Source: an uncultured archaeon | Lineage (GTDB): Archaea > Asgardarchaeota > Lokiarchaeia > Sigyniarchaeales > SOKP01 | NCBI GenBank assembly: GCA_964508365.1 | Contig: CAZDTP010000010.1 | Coordinates: 1 to 64,000 of the forward strand | Direction: 5' to 3' | DNA length: 64,000 nt | Part shown: positions 29,022 to 39,679 of the stretch, one piece after another | Position numbering within the stretch: position 1 is the first letter of the stretch | How the letters are laid out: each line of letters opens with the position of its first letter | Notes under the pieces: generated by a model | Database searches by the model: none | What the model was told of the DNA's origin: nothing | Seen by the model: only the letters and a program-made list of their open reading frames with translations | Made by a program: the position numbers and the translations under genes

Positions 29022-30110
29022 ATGCACCGTCTAATTTTTCATTGTGACCTTGATTGTTTTTTTGCTGCAGTTGAGGAACGAGATGCCCCTGATTATAAAG
29101 GAAAACCAGTAATAGTAGGAGCAGATCCAAAAGATGGAAAAGGAAGAGGAGTCGTAAGTACATGCAACTACGAGGCACGAAAATTTGGTCTTCATTCAGC
29201 AATGCCTATTTCTCAGGCTTTTAAAAGATGTCCACATGGGATATATCTATCCCCCGATTTTAAGAAATATAGCGTAGCTTCGAAAAAAGTTATGGATATA
29301 ATTAAATCTTATTCAATAAAGTTCCAGCAAGTAAGTATAGACGAAGCTTATCTCGATGTGTCCGATATTTGTAAAAATTTTGAAGATGCCAAGAACTTGG
29401 CTAAAAATATAAAGAATCAAATTCAAAATGTTGTAGGTATCACAATTTCGATTGGTTGCGCTTCTACTAAATCTATAGCAAAAATTGCCTCCGATTATAA
29501 TAAACCTAATGGTATTACTGTAGTTGAGCCAGAAAAAGAACGAGAATTTTTAGAAGATATGGATATTACTCGAATCCCCGGGATTGGAAAAAAATTTAAA
29601 ATATATTATAATAAAAAAGGGATTAAAACGATCGGTGATATCATTAATCTTACACTCCCCAAAATGGTACAATTGTTTGGAAAAAATGGAGAATGGGTAT
29701 GGCAGGTCGCAAATGGGCTTGACAATACAGAGGTAAAGAATTCAGAAAGAACTAAAAAATCGATAAGTAAAGAAAGAACTTTTTTTGAGGACACTAGTGA
29801 CTTTGATGTAATCTTATCAAAACTTGAAGAAATCAATAATAAAATTCATGAATTTATATACAAGAATAAGATTTATTACAAGACAGTAAGTATAAAAATA
29901 AGACTTGAGGGCTTTTTAACCTTCACTCGCGCGCATTCTTTTGTTCATCACATTCAAGATGAGAAAAAAACGTTACAAGTTATAACCGATTTAACTAACC
30001 AATTTTCTACAATGAACAAGAAAGTTAGACTAGTCGGAATTAAAATATCAAACTTGAAAAAATATCCATGTACATCTCAAAAAACAATTATAAATTATTT
30101 AGAAAATTGA
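29022..30110 (+). CDS. dinB: Y-family DNA polymerase IV
   Basis: HCDLDCFFAAVE, STCNYEAR.FG, SIDEAYLD, KIASD..KPNG; C-terminal PIP-like QKTIINYL. Confidence 0.95.
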   Translation: MHRLIFHCDLDCFFAAVEERDAPDYKGKPVIVGADPKDGKGRGVVSTCNYEARKFGLHSAMPISQAFKRCPHGIYLSPDFKKYSVASKKVMDIIKSYSIKFQQVSIDEAYLDVSDICKNFEDAKNLAKNIKNQIQNVVGITISIGCASTKSIAKIASDYNKPNGITVVEPEKEREFLEDMDITRIPGIGKKFKIYYNKKGIKTIGDIINLTLPKMVQLFGKNGEWVWQVANGLDNTEVKNSERTKKSISKERTFFEDTSDFDVILSKLEEINNKIHEFIYKNKIYYKTVSIKIRLEGFLTFTRAHSFVHHIQDEKKTLQVITDLTNQFSTMNKKVRLVGIKISNLKKYPCTSQKTIINYLEN

Positions 30111-30117
30111 AACCAGC

Positions 30118-31053
30118 TTATAATAACTCATTTTGAACTCTAGTTGAAATAAGAGTTGATATTAATTCTTCATGTTTTTGACCATTTGATGCAATTAAAC
30201 CAGGGGTATTAACTAAACATTTTTCATTATTATATTTGATATTATTTCCTCTTAAATCTGTTATTTTTCCTCCTGCTTCTTTTATTAGTAAATCACCTGG
30301 TAAAAAATCCCACGTAAATGAGTGCGTCATATCCAATGGTTTAATGTAAATATCAGCGGATCCCTCAGCAACCATGCATAATTTTGCCATACTATCGATT
30401 TGAACGAAATTAGTTATACCAAGAATACTTGCAAATTTCAGTACCCAAGGTTCGTCGTAATGAAGTGAATGGCAAAAACGAAATGACTCTATTTTCTGAT
30501 TATTACTTACATTAACTTTGGTAAAAGCGTGGTTTCCATATGATAGTCTAGCACCATGGTTTTTTTGAGCCGAAAATATCGCCAAAGCGCTATTTCTATA
30601 ATTTGGCGCACTAATTGCACAAATTGTTGGCTTAGAATCAACCATGAATCCAATTCCTATAGCATATATTAAATTTTTTTGATATCCTTTTGTACCGTCA
30701 ATCGGATCAACTGTCCATTGACGCTTAGAGACAGGTCCGCGGTATGTTAAAATATCCTTTAAATTCTCCTCAATTATGTAGTTTAAAGCAGTATAACACT
30801 TCTTAAGAATATTTAAGACATTCGAATTTAAGAAAACAGAAGCATCTTCTTCAGCGATAACTTGATCCTTAGGAAAATTCTTTTTAATTTTAGAGATTAT
30901 AAAAATTTGGGATGCGAAATCTGCAAGTGTGACTGGGGACTTATCATTCTTAATATAAGATGAAATTTTCTTAGTTTTAAACCATTCAGTTATTCTTGAA
31001 GCATCTCTAACCAAATCAACTGCTAGAGATAATTCTTTATTGTAACTTTCCAT
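30118..31053 (-). CDS. 3'(2'),5'-bisphosphate nucleotidase / inositol monophosphatase family (HAL2-like)
   Basis: KSPVTLAD, AEED, VDPIDGTKG, IDSMAK, WD, EAGG.ITD. Confidence 0.87.
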   Translation of the reverse strand: MESYNKELSLAVDLVRDASRITEWFKTKKISSYIKNDKSPVTLADFASQIFIISKIKKNFPKDQVIAEEDASVFLNSNVLNILKKCYTALNYIIEENLKDILTYRGPVSKRQWTVDPIDGTKGYQKNLIYAIGIGFMVDSKPTICAISAPNYRNSALAIFSAQKNHGARLSYGNHAFTKVNVSNNQKIESFRFCHSLHYDEPWVLKFASILGITNFVQIDSMAKLCMVAEGSADIYIKPLDMTHSFTWDFLPGDLLIKEAGGKITDLRGNNIKYNNEKCLVNTPGLIASNGQKHEELISTLISTRVQNELL

Positions 31054-31105
31054 AATTTTTACTCTATTTTATTCAAGCGATTTAAAAATTTCTATAAATA
31101 GAATC

Positions 31106-32788
31106 TTAGATTTTCTTTGACTCTTTGAAAAGCTCAAAAATATCCTTCTCATAATCAATAGTATCTTCAGGTAATAGATTTGGCTCCTTAATTAATTTAG
31201 CAAGATAATATGTTTTTGATCCTCTCTCTAAATATTGTAATACGGTGTATGCTCCTTCTAAATGACTTCCACAACATATACTCCCATGGTTAGCAAGGAT
31301 TACTGCGTTTCTATCTCCTAAACTTGCTTTTACATTATGAGCTAATTCTTCACTACCAGCCTCACCGTAATCCGAACATAAAATCTCTCCACCTAAGTAG
31401 GGCACAAGTTCTTCCATAATTGGAGGTAACGACAAATTGAGAGTTCCGAGTATTGTTGAGTACATTCCGTGAGAGTGAATAATTGCATTCACATCTTCAC
31501 GTTCTTTGTATATTCCTAAGTGTAGATATTTTTCTACCGAGGGATTCCGTTCTCCTTCAATGACCTTACCTTCTAAGTCTATGATCAGGATATCATCATT
31601 ATCCATTTCCTCGTAGTTTACATTACTCGGAGTGATTAAGACGGCTTCTTTATTGTCATGGTTTACTCTCATACTTACATTTCCGGCTGATCCTATAACA
31701 TGACCATCGTTTAATAACCTTTTACATACACAAACAATTTCTTCTTTATATTTTTGGACAGGTTCCTTATTTAACTTTTGTTTGACATCTTCAGCTCCAA
31801 ATACTTCGGGATTTAATACATGAGTTGGTATCCCATCGTTTAACCAAATCTCAATATCTTCAAGGAGCATTTTAGATTGTCTTTTAACTACTTCAACGGT
31901 ATTTCCTCCAAAATGAGGTAATATGATAACATTGTCTAATTTTAAGAACTCATTATCTTCATCAATGGGCTCTAAAGGAAATACATCTAAAGCAGCTCCC
32001 GCGATCTCGTTTTTTTTTAAAGCTTCGTATAGATAATCGTAATCAATGAGGCTTCCTTTAGCCATGTTTATTAAATATCCAGAGTTTTTCATCATTTTTA
32101 TCCGTTCTTCGTTAATAATATTATCATTTTCATCATTTGCTACTGCATGTAAGGTAATAAAATCTGATTCTTTCATTAAAAAGTCAATATCTGTCTTGTC
32201 GCCGTACTCTTTAATATTTTCCTCGGAAACATATGGATCATATATAAGAAATTTAACACCAAATGGTCTTAATCGTTCGGCTACTCTTTGCCCAATTTGA
32301 CCAAAACCTACTATGCCTATTGTTTTACTTTCTAATTCACTTCCCATGAATTTATTATAGCAATTAATCCAATCTTCAAATTCAATAATTTCAAAATCCT
32401 CTGAATGTAGGAATCGGTCTAGTTTAGTGAGATTTCTTGCCATAGATATTATTAAACCAACAGTTAATTCAGCAACTGCAACGACATTCCTATTTGGCGT
32501 GTAAATGATAGGTATATTTTTTTTGGTTGCAGCATCTAAATTAATGTTGAAAGGATCCCCACGACAAGATGCAATCAGCTTCAAGTTTGTCTTTTCAAAC
32601 AGTTCTGCTTTCTTTAAATCGTCTGCTACAGTTATGAAGACATCATATTCACTTAATTTTTCAACCATCTCTTTAATGTCAAAATATATATTTCCAGTAT
32701 CTCTCCAACTCTCATAGGTTACTTCCATTTTCTTTTTCAATTCTTCTAAAACTTCGTCAGTTATACTTGCTGTTATAAATGCTCTCAT
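31106..32788 (-). CDS. Fusion of D-2-hydroxyacid dehydrogenase (N) and class II aldolase (C)
   Basis: GIVGFGQIG, DFITLH, ALDVFPLEP, PHFGG; then GNVSMR, PSVEKYLHLGIY, HSH, LANHG. Confidence 0.9.
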   Translation of the reverse strand: MRAFITASITDEVLEELKKKMEVTYESWRDTGNIYFDIKEMVEKLSEYDVFITVADDLKKAELFEKTNLKLIASCRGDPFNINLDAATKKNIPIIYTPNRNVVAVAELTVGLIISMARNLTKLDRFLHSEDFEIIEFEDWINCYNKFMGSELESKTIGIVGFGQIGQRVAERLRPFGVKFLIYDPYVSEENIKEYGDKTDIDFLMKESDFITLHAVANDENDNIINEERIKMMKNSGYLINMAKGSLIDYDYLYEALKKNEIAGAALDVFPLEPIDEDNEFLKLDNVIILPHFGGNTVEVVKRQSKMLLEDIEIWLNDGIPTHVLNPEVFGAEDVKQKLNKEPVQKYKEEIVCVCKRLLNDGHVIGSAGNVSMRVNHDNKEAVLITPSNVNYEEMDNDDILIIDLEGKVIEGERNPSVEKYLHLGIYKEREDVNAIIHSHGMYSTILGTLNLSLPPIMEELVPYLGGEILCSDYGEAGSEELAHNVKASLGDRNAVILANHGSICCGSHLEGAYTVLQYLERGSKTYYLAKLIKEPNLLPEDTIDYEKDIFELFKESKKI

Positions 32789-32888
32789 AATTTCTCAACC
32801 CTCCTAAAAGACTATCCATTCTTTAAGTATTAGATTATCTAATCATACAAATATATTTAGATTATATGATTAAAATAACTAAATTTTG

Positions 32889-33239
32889 TTAAAACATCAA
32901 GCTCTTCAGTTTCATTAAATTTCTAATGTTTCCTTCAATGACCTTTATTTTTCCTGAAGAATACGCTTTCACCGCTCCGAGCTCTTTGTTAAAAAGTTCT
33001 AATAAAATATTTTCTGATGTAAACACGATTTTAACAGTAGCAGTTACATCACTAGCATTATCTTTAACCTCTATTCCTTGATCCTTATTAACATAGATCA
33101 TAACACTACGGTTAGTGTCTGAAAATGAAATTTGTATCGGGTCTTCATAGTTTGCTAATTTTTTTCTTACCTTTTCTGTGTTATTATAACGATTTTCAAT
33201 CTCCTTTAAACAAGATTCAAAACTATCAAACTCTGTCAA
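32889..33239 (-). CDS. SCP2 sterol/lipid-binding domain protein
   Basis: C-terminal LGAVKAYSSGKIKVIEGN..L pattern; AAGGTG-N7-TTG start. Confidence 0.75.
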   Translation of the reverse strand: MTEFDSFESCLKEIENRYNNTEKVRKKLANYEDPIQISFSDTNRSVMIYVNKDQGIEVKDNASDVTATVKIVFTSENILLELFNKELGAVKAYSSGKIKVIEGNIRNLMKLKSLMF

Positions 33240-33329
33240 TTCTATTCACCTTTAAAATACCAAAATAAGTTTTAATGTTAATAATTTACGATAGTTTATA
33301 AAAATAGTAAAATTAAAACCTAGAAGAAT

Positions 33330-34847
33330 TCATAAACTATCAATTTTAGATTTTAGGTTTTTCCATTCGAGATAAATTGTTTTGAATTTATCAGAGATAC
33401 AAGGATCGTTTTTTACATCTTCAAACGCTAATAAATTACTAACAATCGATTTGTAATTGGAATGATACTTTAAACCTATTAGAGTATTCATTGCAGCGCC
33501 AATAAATGCTGAATCTCTAATGCACGCAACAGAAATTTGAGTATTTAAAATATCAGCTAGTAACTTGCAAAACTCATTAGATTTAGCCATCCCACCTGCA
33601 ACATGTGTTTTTGTGCTCAGATCAGTCTGATTGCATAGTACTTGATGATTTTCAAATATCCCGAATGCTATGTTTTCAAGAACGCTCCGGGCAAAATTTT
33701 CAATTTTTGGGACATCCTCAGACACCATAACAGGAGGGTGAAAAATAAAAGCACCTCTTTTAATAGAAGTAGTATTTTTTATATTCATTTTTTCAGGGCC
33801 CAAGTAGGCGTAAGTTGATAAAACTCCTGGTGTTGTTCTCTTTAAATAATCCTCAATTAAAGAATCTGGCTTCTCAGTAAAGCTTGATAAAAATCCTTCT
33901 TTAAACCAATCGTAGGAAGCGCCAGTGTTGCCTGCAGTGCTTTCAATTAGCCATTTTCCTTTTATCGAATGGCATGAGGTCCAGTAATTACAATTAGGAT
34001 CAAAAATAGGCTTATTAACAACGAGATGAAGCGGTGCTGTAGTACCTAAACTAATACCTATGTCACCCTCTTCGATTACACCCATACCTAATAAAGTTGC
34101 TTGCGTATCTCCGCCCGTTTTTACAAAAGGGATACTATGATATTCAAGAACGAACCTTTTTCTCAAATTTTCTTTTAATTCTCCTACAATAGTCCCTGAA
34201 TCAACAATTTCTGGAAAAAAATCAGGATCAAAATTAAAAGTGTCTATTATTTCAGAACTCCATTCTCTTTTCTTTATATCAAGTAATTGAGACTCAGCAG
34301 CAGATGATAAATCAGAATAAAAATTTCCCGTAAGTTTGTAAACTAACCAATCATCTAAAGACAATACTTTTTTAATTTTTGAGTACGTTTCTTCTTCTTC
34401 TTCTTTAAACCACAATAATCTTGCTAAACAAAATAGCAGAGACGGACTATGTCCCGTTATTTCAAATAGATCACTCTCTGAAAATGCATCATCTATAAGA
34501 TAAGCCGAATCAATACCACGAATATCGATATTGGGTCCTCCATACACGGCGTTTCCTTTTTCGTCTAGAAAAACGGAGGCGATTCGTTGAGTACATGTCG
34601 ATAAACCTATAATCTTTTTGTTTTTAAATTTGGAAAGAACAAAATCCATTCCCGTAATAATCTTTTTCCAAAGGTCATCCATATCAAAGCGTTTAGCAAA
34701 ACCATCTAAATCTTCATTATATATTTTTAATTCTTGAGTGTTGTAGGTTTTCAGTTTTAATTGTTCGGATACTAATCCTACCTTTACTGAGTTGGAAGAT
34801 ATATCTATTGCTAAAATTAATTTTTCATCATTTTCCATAATTCTCAA
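33330..34847 (-). CDS. FGGY-family carbohydrate kinase
   Basis: LAIDISS, CTQR, TGGDTQA..LG, AGGMAKS. Confidence 0.88.
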   Translation of the reverse strand: MRIMENDEKLILAIDISSNSVKVGLVSEQLKLKTYNTQELKIYNEDLDGFAKRFDMDDLWKKIITGMDFVLSKFKNKKIIGLSTCTQRIASVFLDEKGNAVYGGPNIDIRGIDSAYLIDDAFSESDLFEITGHSPSLLFCLARLLWFKEEEEETYSKIKKVLSLDDWLVYKLTGNFYSDLSSAAESQLLDIKKREWSSEIIDTFNFDPDFFPEIVDSGTIVGELKENLRKRFVLEYHSIPFVKTGGDTQATLLGMGVIEEGDIGISLGTTAPLHLVVNKPIFDPNCNYWTSCHSIKGKWLIESTAGNTGASYDWFKEGFLSSFTEKPDSLIEDYLKRTTPGVLSTYAYLGPEKMNIKNTTSIKRGAFIFHPPVMVSEDVPKIENFARSVLENIAFGIFENHQVLCNQTDLSTKTHVAGGMAKSNEFCKLLADILNTQISVACIRDSAFIGAAMNTLIGLKYHSNYKSIVSNLLAFEDVKNDPCISDKFKTIYLEWKNLKSKIDSL

Positions 34848-34865
34848 GAAATTTTTAATTTACAT

Positions 34866-35507
34866 TTAGATGGGTGAAAAATGTTTACGAACAACCTCTC
34901 CCCGTGGAGACTTTTCTTCAAATATAATTGCTTGAAAAGAATATATTTTAGTCTCTTTTATATCTTTCCAAGCGTCAGAAGAGAGCCACGCTTTACTGCA
35001 TGTATGATTAAGGAAAGTTTCTACATCCCAATTCCTATCCTGATCTATGGGAACCTGTGGAAGAAGTAAACCTCTTCGCATTCCTCTCTCCACTATTAGT
35101 CCATCCCTCCCTATTACTATTTTTTCAAGATACTCATTCGAAGTGCTAACTTCTATTATTTTTGGAGGAGTTAAGATTGAAATTTCAATGGTAATATTAT
35201 ACATTTCATCAATAGAAACAGATGAGAAACGAGTATCCTCAGTAGCTGAACTGATTGAAACTTTATGAATAACATCGTATAATGCAAATCTTGGTTCAAT
35301 ATATCCTATACAACCTCTTAAAGGATTACCTTTAACATTGTGAGTGTTCAAAGTGACAAATGCTCCATAATTTTCCTTATATTTTTCTTTTAGGACTTCA
35401 GGAATAACGATACGTTTACCGTTCTTAAGGAAATACTCGATATTATCTCTTGCAAATTGTATTAACTCTTTTCCGTCAGCTACAGTGAATATTTCTTTAT
35501 CTGCCAT
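34866..35507 (-). CDS. AMMECR1-domain protein
   Basis: GAFVTL, LRGCIG, EISILTPP, IGRDGL, GLLLPQV. Confidence 0.92.
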   Translation of the reverse strand: MADKEIFTVADGKELIQFARDNIEYFLKNGKRIVIPEVLKEKYKENYGAFVTLNTHNVKGNPLRGCIGYIEPRFALYDVIHKVSISSATEDTRFSSVSIDEMYNITIEISILTPPKIIEVSTSNEYLEKIVIGRDGLIVERGMRRGLLLPQVPIDQDRNWDVETFLNHTCSKAWLSSDAWKDIKETKIYSFQAIIFEEKSPRGEVVRKHFSPI

Positions 35508-35568
35508 ATTTTCACATTAAGATTTTGCTTTCTATATAATATAAGAGATGACAAATTATAATAATTAC

Positions 35569-36963
35569 TTAAAATGTTCCTTTAATTACATTTCCCATGG
35601 GAGTAGTTCCATCAGTATTTACTTCTATGCCTCTTAAAAACACTTTCCATATGTAAACACTCGTTTGATAGTTTTGGTAGGGTGAAAACTTTGCTTTTGA
35701 TTTGAATTTTTTTGATTCAATAGGATAATCAAATCCACGATCTACTATAACTATATCAGCATCGTATCCCACTTTAATAAAACCTTTATTTTTTAGTTTA
35801 AAAATTTTTGCTGGATTCTCTGAAGTAATTTTAACGAACAATTCTAAAGAGAATTCATTTTTAAAAACTTGATCTAATACTATTAAAGGATATGACTCAA
35901 ATCCAGGAAATCCTGAGGGTGCGTCGAGAAACGCTTTATTTTTTTCTTCAAGGGTATGTGGTGCATGATCAGTGCCCAATAATTCTATATTTCCTCGTTT
36001 TAGTTCCTGAATAAGATAAGAAGTGTGTGTTTCGTTTCTTAAAGGTGGGAGAACTTTAGCATAATTAGGATTTTCAATCTGTATTGTATCAGTTAAAAAT
36101 AGATGATGTGGTGTGACTTCAAATGTAATTTTTAAGAATTTATTCGTATTTAGCGCTTTTCTAATCAAGGAGTAGCTATCCCGGCAACTAATGTGACAGA
36201 AATGAATAATAGGATAATCTTTAGGGGTTAAATCTAAATCTGTAACAATTTTGTAATAATTTTCAAGAACAAAATTTACATATTTAGCTTCCATGTAAGT
36301 TGGATATAGTTTATTGTGCAATTTCAAATATGGTAATTTTTCTTCAAAATCTTTTTGCAATATCTTTTCTTTTTCTTCGGTGTTTAAAGGCCAATCTGGA
36401 TGAATAAATATCGGAAGTTGGAATTTTGAGGATATATTAAGAAGTTTTTGAACATTTAAGTAATCTGTCCAATCGATACCGTTTAAAGAATTTAAAGGGT
36501 AAATTTTAAAGCCTATAACACCTAATTCAATAATAGAAATTATTTCTTCGAAATTGAAATCTCTTGGAATCCCCGCTATAAATCCTACATCTACATGTAT
36601 ATTATTGCGTGCCTTTTTCATCCATTTTTTAACTTGGTTTGCACTTATAGCTGGGGGTTTTGTGTTAGGCATAGTAAAAACAGTTGTTATTCCAGAGAAA
36701 GCTGCTGCTAAAGTTCCTGTTAAGAATGTTTCTTTTTCACTTTGTCCCATATCCCTTAAATGGGAATGTATATCAATTATTCCAGGTATGATCGTTCTGT
36801 TTTCACAATTAATTTCTATTCCGTCTATATTTTGACTCCTTATCGATTGTAGAATCTCCTCGGTTATATCGTATATAACTGATCTTATTACACCTTTAAG
36901 AATTAAAATAACGCCATTACGGAGCGAACCTTCAGCATATATAAGCCCATTTTTTAAGATCAT
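35569..36963 (-). CDS. pyrC: Dihydroorotase (amidohydrolase superfamily)
   Basis: PGIIDIHSH, MPNTKP, HIS, EVTPHHL, PPLR, TDHAPH, GFDAD-like GYDAD. Confidence 0.85.
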   Translation of the reverse strand: MILKNGLIYAEGSLRNGVILILKGVIRSVIYDITEEILQSIRSQNIDGIEINCENRTIIPGIIDIHSHLRDMGQSEKETFLTGTLAAAFSGITTVFTMPNTKPPAISANQVKKWMKKARNNIHVDVGFIAGIPRDFNFEEIISIIELGVIGFKIYPLNSLNGIDWTDYLNVQKLLNISSKFQLPIFIHPDWPLNTEEKEKILQKDFEEKLPYLKLHNKLYPTYMEAKYVNFVLENYYKIVTDLDLTPKDYPIIHFCHISCRDSYSLIRKALNTNKFLKITFEVTPHHLFLTDTIQIENPNYAKVLPPLRNETHTSYLIQELKRGNIELLGTDHAPHTLEEKNKAFLDAPSGFPGFESYPLIVLDQVFKNEFSLELFVKITSENPAKIFKLKNKGFIKVGYDADIVIVDRGFDYPIESKKFKSKAKFSPYQNYQTSVYIWKVFLRGIEVNTDGTTPMGNVIKGTF

Positions 36964-37622
36964 CGATCTATCTCAACTTTATAGTAATTTTTGTGATCAT
37001 ATAAGAAGTTTATATATAAGATTTTATTTTCAATTCCTCTTATTTTTGAAAGATCAATATTTTTTAAACTATACTCTTCATTAACTTTTTGTAAAAACTT
37101 AAGAAAAGGGATAGATTGAGGAGAGAATGAAAAAATATAGCATTGTGAGCTATTCTCATCAATGTTCTTTCCATACTTAACATTTTGTTTAAAATTTTCT
37201 TTAGAAATATCAGTAATAAATATCCTATTATCATTAAAGTTACCATTAATGTTTTCCAAAAGAAAATCTGAGCTAGGCAACTTTTTAACATATATCCCTG
37301 GAGTTGACCTGATCCATTCTCGACCGTTATAATTTTCATTGGTTTCTATTTTCATAAAAGCTCTCAATAAAAGTAAAGCTTGGGATCTCTCATCAGAACC
37401 TAAATATCTCACAGATTTACCTTCAATCTTTATAAAAAGGTGATCTGTTTCAATATATATGTATAAAATATTATTTTTTCTTATTGCATAAGAGATACAA
37501 AAAGATTCTCTTATAGAAGCGCATAGCATATATATATCGAGGGGAGTTTTTCCTTCGTCAATATCGCTTTTAGTATATTTAGAAATGCGTTCTACAAAGA
37601 TTAAAAAATCCAAATTTATCAA
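36960..37622 (-). CDS. Divergent TrmY-like (SPOUT) protein
   Basis: N-half resembles TrmY (ISYAIRKN, EGKSVRYLGSDERS, STPGIYV); C-terminal SAM-binding knot not recognisable. Confidence 0.55.
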   Translation of the reverse strand: MINLDFLIFVERISKYTKSDIDEGKTPLDIYMLCASIRESFCISYAIRKNNILYIYIETDHLFIKIEGKSVRYLGSDERSQALLLLRAFMKIETNENYNGREWIRSTPGIYVKKLPSSDFLLENINGNFNDNRIFITDISKENFKQNVKYGKNIDENSSQCYIFSFSPQSIPFLKFLQKVNEEYSLKNIDLSKIRGIENKILYINFLYDHKNYYKVEIDR

Positions 37623-37637
37623 GTCTAGATATTATAT

Positions 37638-39014
37638 TTAGAATTTATAGTCTTTTCCTAACTTATCCATGAATTGGGCTCCTGCCTTTCCCATTCCTGG
37701 CATACCAGGAATTCCTTTTCCTTTTTTCTGCATTTGAAGCGCTTTTTTCATGAATTTTTTCATTTGATTATATTGATCAAGCATTTTATTTATTGTAGTG
37801 TAATCAGTACCACTCCCAATAGCAATTCTTCTTTTTCTTGTTTTTTTGATAATTTTCGGATCTTCCTTTTCTTCTTGGGTAAGGGAATTTAAAACAACCT
37901 CCCACTTTTCTAAATTTTTTTCAGCATCATCAGTTAACGCCTCAGGAATATTACCCCCTCCCATCATTGCTAAAATTTGTTTCATTTTACCCACTTTTTT
38001 AATAGATTTTAATTGATAATAAAGATCTTCGAGAGTGAATTTTCCTTTCATCATCCTTTTAACTAAATCAGGATCCACATCAATCTCAGCTTCTTGTACC
38101 CTTTTGACCAAGCCTTCAATATCAGGAACGCCTAGTAGAGAGCCTACAAATGTAGTTGGATCAAATTCTTCGAAATCTTCTAATTTTTCACCAACTCCAA
38201 TGAATCTTATGGATTGATTAGTGGCAGCACAAGCAGAAAGTGCTCCACCTCCTTTTGCTGTTCCATCTAATTTGGTAACGATTATACTGCCAATATTTGT
38301 AGATTTAGCAAATTCTTCTGCTTGTGAATAAGCTTGTTGCCCTAAAGTTCCATCTATTACTAAGATAACTTCATTAGGTTTTAAACTTGATTCGATCCTT
38401 TCCATCTCTCTCATTAATTCTTTTTCTTCTTTATGTCTGCCAGCAGTATCTACAATTATTATGTCATGCTCGTCATTTATGGCTTTTTTAGTTTCTCTAA
38501 TTGCAAGTTTTATCGCATTTTTTTCATTCGGATTACCATAACATTTAACTCCAATTTGGTCTGTTAACTGTACTAATTGTTCGTAAGCCCCGGGACGCCA
38601 TGTATCAGTAGTAACTGCGGCTACTTTATATCCTTTATTCTTATAAAATCGCGCTAACTTGCCAATGGTAGTAGTTTTACCTGAACCTTGGATTCCCACA
38701 AGTAGAATAACATTGCTCTTTCCTGGTTTTATTCTTATAGGGGCAGATTTCCCTCCGATTGTTTCCACTAGCTCATCATGAACGAGCTTAATTATGAAGT
38801 CTTTTCTTCTCGCTCGTTTTAAATCCGTGTTCATTGCTTCCTTTTTGATATTTTCAGTCATCTGGAAGACTAATTCTACTTTTACATCAGCACTTAATAA
38901 AGCTCTTTGCAAATCTTGAATTATTTTATTGATTTGATCTTTGTCAATTTTAGGTAATCCTCGTAAACTTCGCATTATCGATTCTAAATCTTTCCCTAAC
39001 TTCTTAAACACCAT
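37638..39014 (-). CDS. srp54: Signal recognition particle protein SRP54
   Basis: [40 protein letters not shown]; M domain. Confidence 0.97.
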   Translation of the reverse strand: MVFKKLGKDLESIMRSLRGLPKIDKDQINKIIQDLQRALLSADVKVELVFQMTENIKKEAMNTDLKRARRKDFIIKLVHDELVETIGGKSAPIRIKPGKSNVILLVGIQGSGKTTTIGKLARFYKNKGYKVAAVTTDTWRPGAYEQLVQLTDQIGVKCYGNPNEKNAIKLAIRETKKAINDEHDIIIVDTAGRHKEEKELMREMERIESSLKPNEVILVIDGTLGQQAYSQAEEFAKSTNIGSIIVTKLDGTAKGGGALSACAATNQSIRFIGVGEKLEDFEEFDPTTFVGSLLGVPDIEGLVKRVQEAEIDVDPDLVKRMMKGKFTLEDLYYQLKSIKKVGKMKQILAMMGGGNIPEALTDDAEKNLEKWEVVLNSLTQEEKEDPKIIKKTRKRRIAIGSGTDYTTINKMLDQYNQMKKFMKKALQMQKKGKGIPGMPGMGKAGAQFMDKLGKDYKF

Positions 39015-39167
39015 AGTATAAATGAAATTGCATTTATAATTTAGTAATTAAAATAAACAAAAACTAATATTTTTTTTTAAATGATTATAATATAATATAA
39101 AAAAAGATATGTGAAAATAATAAATATTACCTATAAATAATACAGAAAAAAAAAGAGATTTTAAAAT

Positions 39168-39596
39168 ATGAGTATTCGAAGAACAGAAATTCAGAAGTTA
39201 AAAACGGGACAATATATGATGGTTGATGATGAACCATGCATAATTAAAGCAACTGAAAGGAGTAAATCAGGAAAGCACGGACATGCAAAAGTAAGAGTGG
39301 TATGCATCGGAGTATTTGACAATAATAAGAGATCTCTTACAATACCCTCTGGTCATATGTGTGACATTCCCGAGATAATCAAGGGTACCGCTCAGATTAG
39401 TTTTATTGAAGATACATCAATTAATATAATGGATATTGAAAGTTATGAATCTATGGATGTGAATTGGCCTGTTGATGAGGATTTGGTTTCAAAACTAAAA
39501 GAATTACAAGTAGATCCCGGAAAGATGTCAGTAGCACAGATAGAGTACTGGAAATTAGCGAGTAAAACCTTAATTACTAGAATTATAATAAATTAG
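39168..39596 (+). CDS. eif5a: Translation factor aIF5A/eIF5A
   Basis: Hypusine loop KSGKHGHAK. Confidence 0.96.
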   Translation: MSIRRTEIQKLKTGQYMMVDDEPCIIKATERSKSGKHGHAKVRVVCIGVFDNNKRSLTIPSGHMCDIPEIIKGTAQISFIEDTSINIMDIESYESMDVNWPVDEDLVSKLKELQVDPGKMSVAQIEYWKLASKTLITRIIIN

Positions 39597-39679
39597 AATT
39601 CATAAAGCTTTTTTCAATTAATATATTTTTAAAATTTTTTTGGATTAGATAGAAGTTCCCTTAAAGGTGCCTGAGAAAC

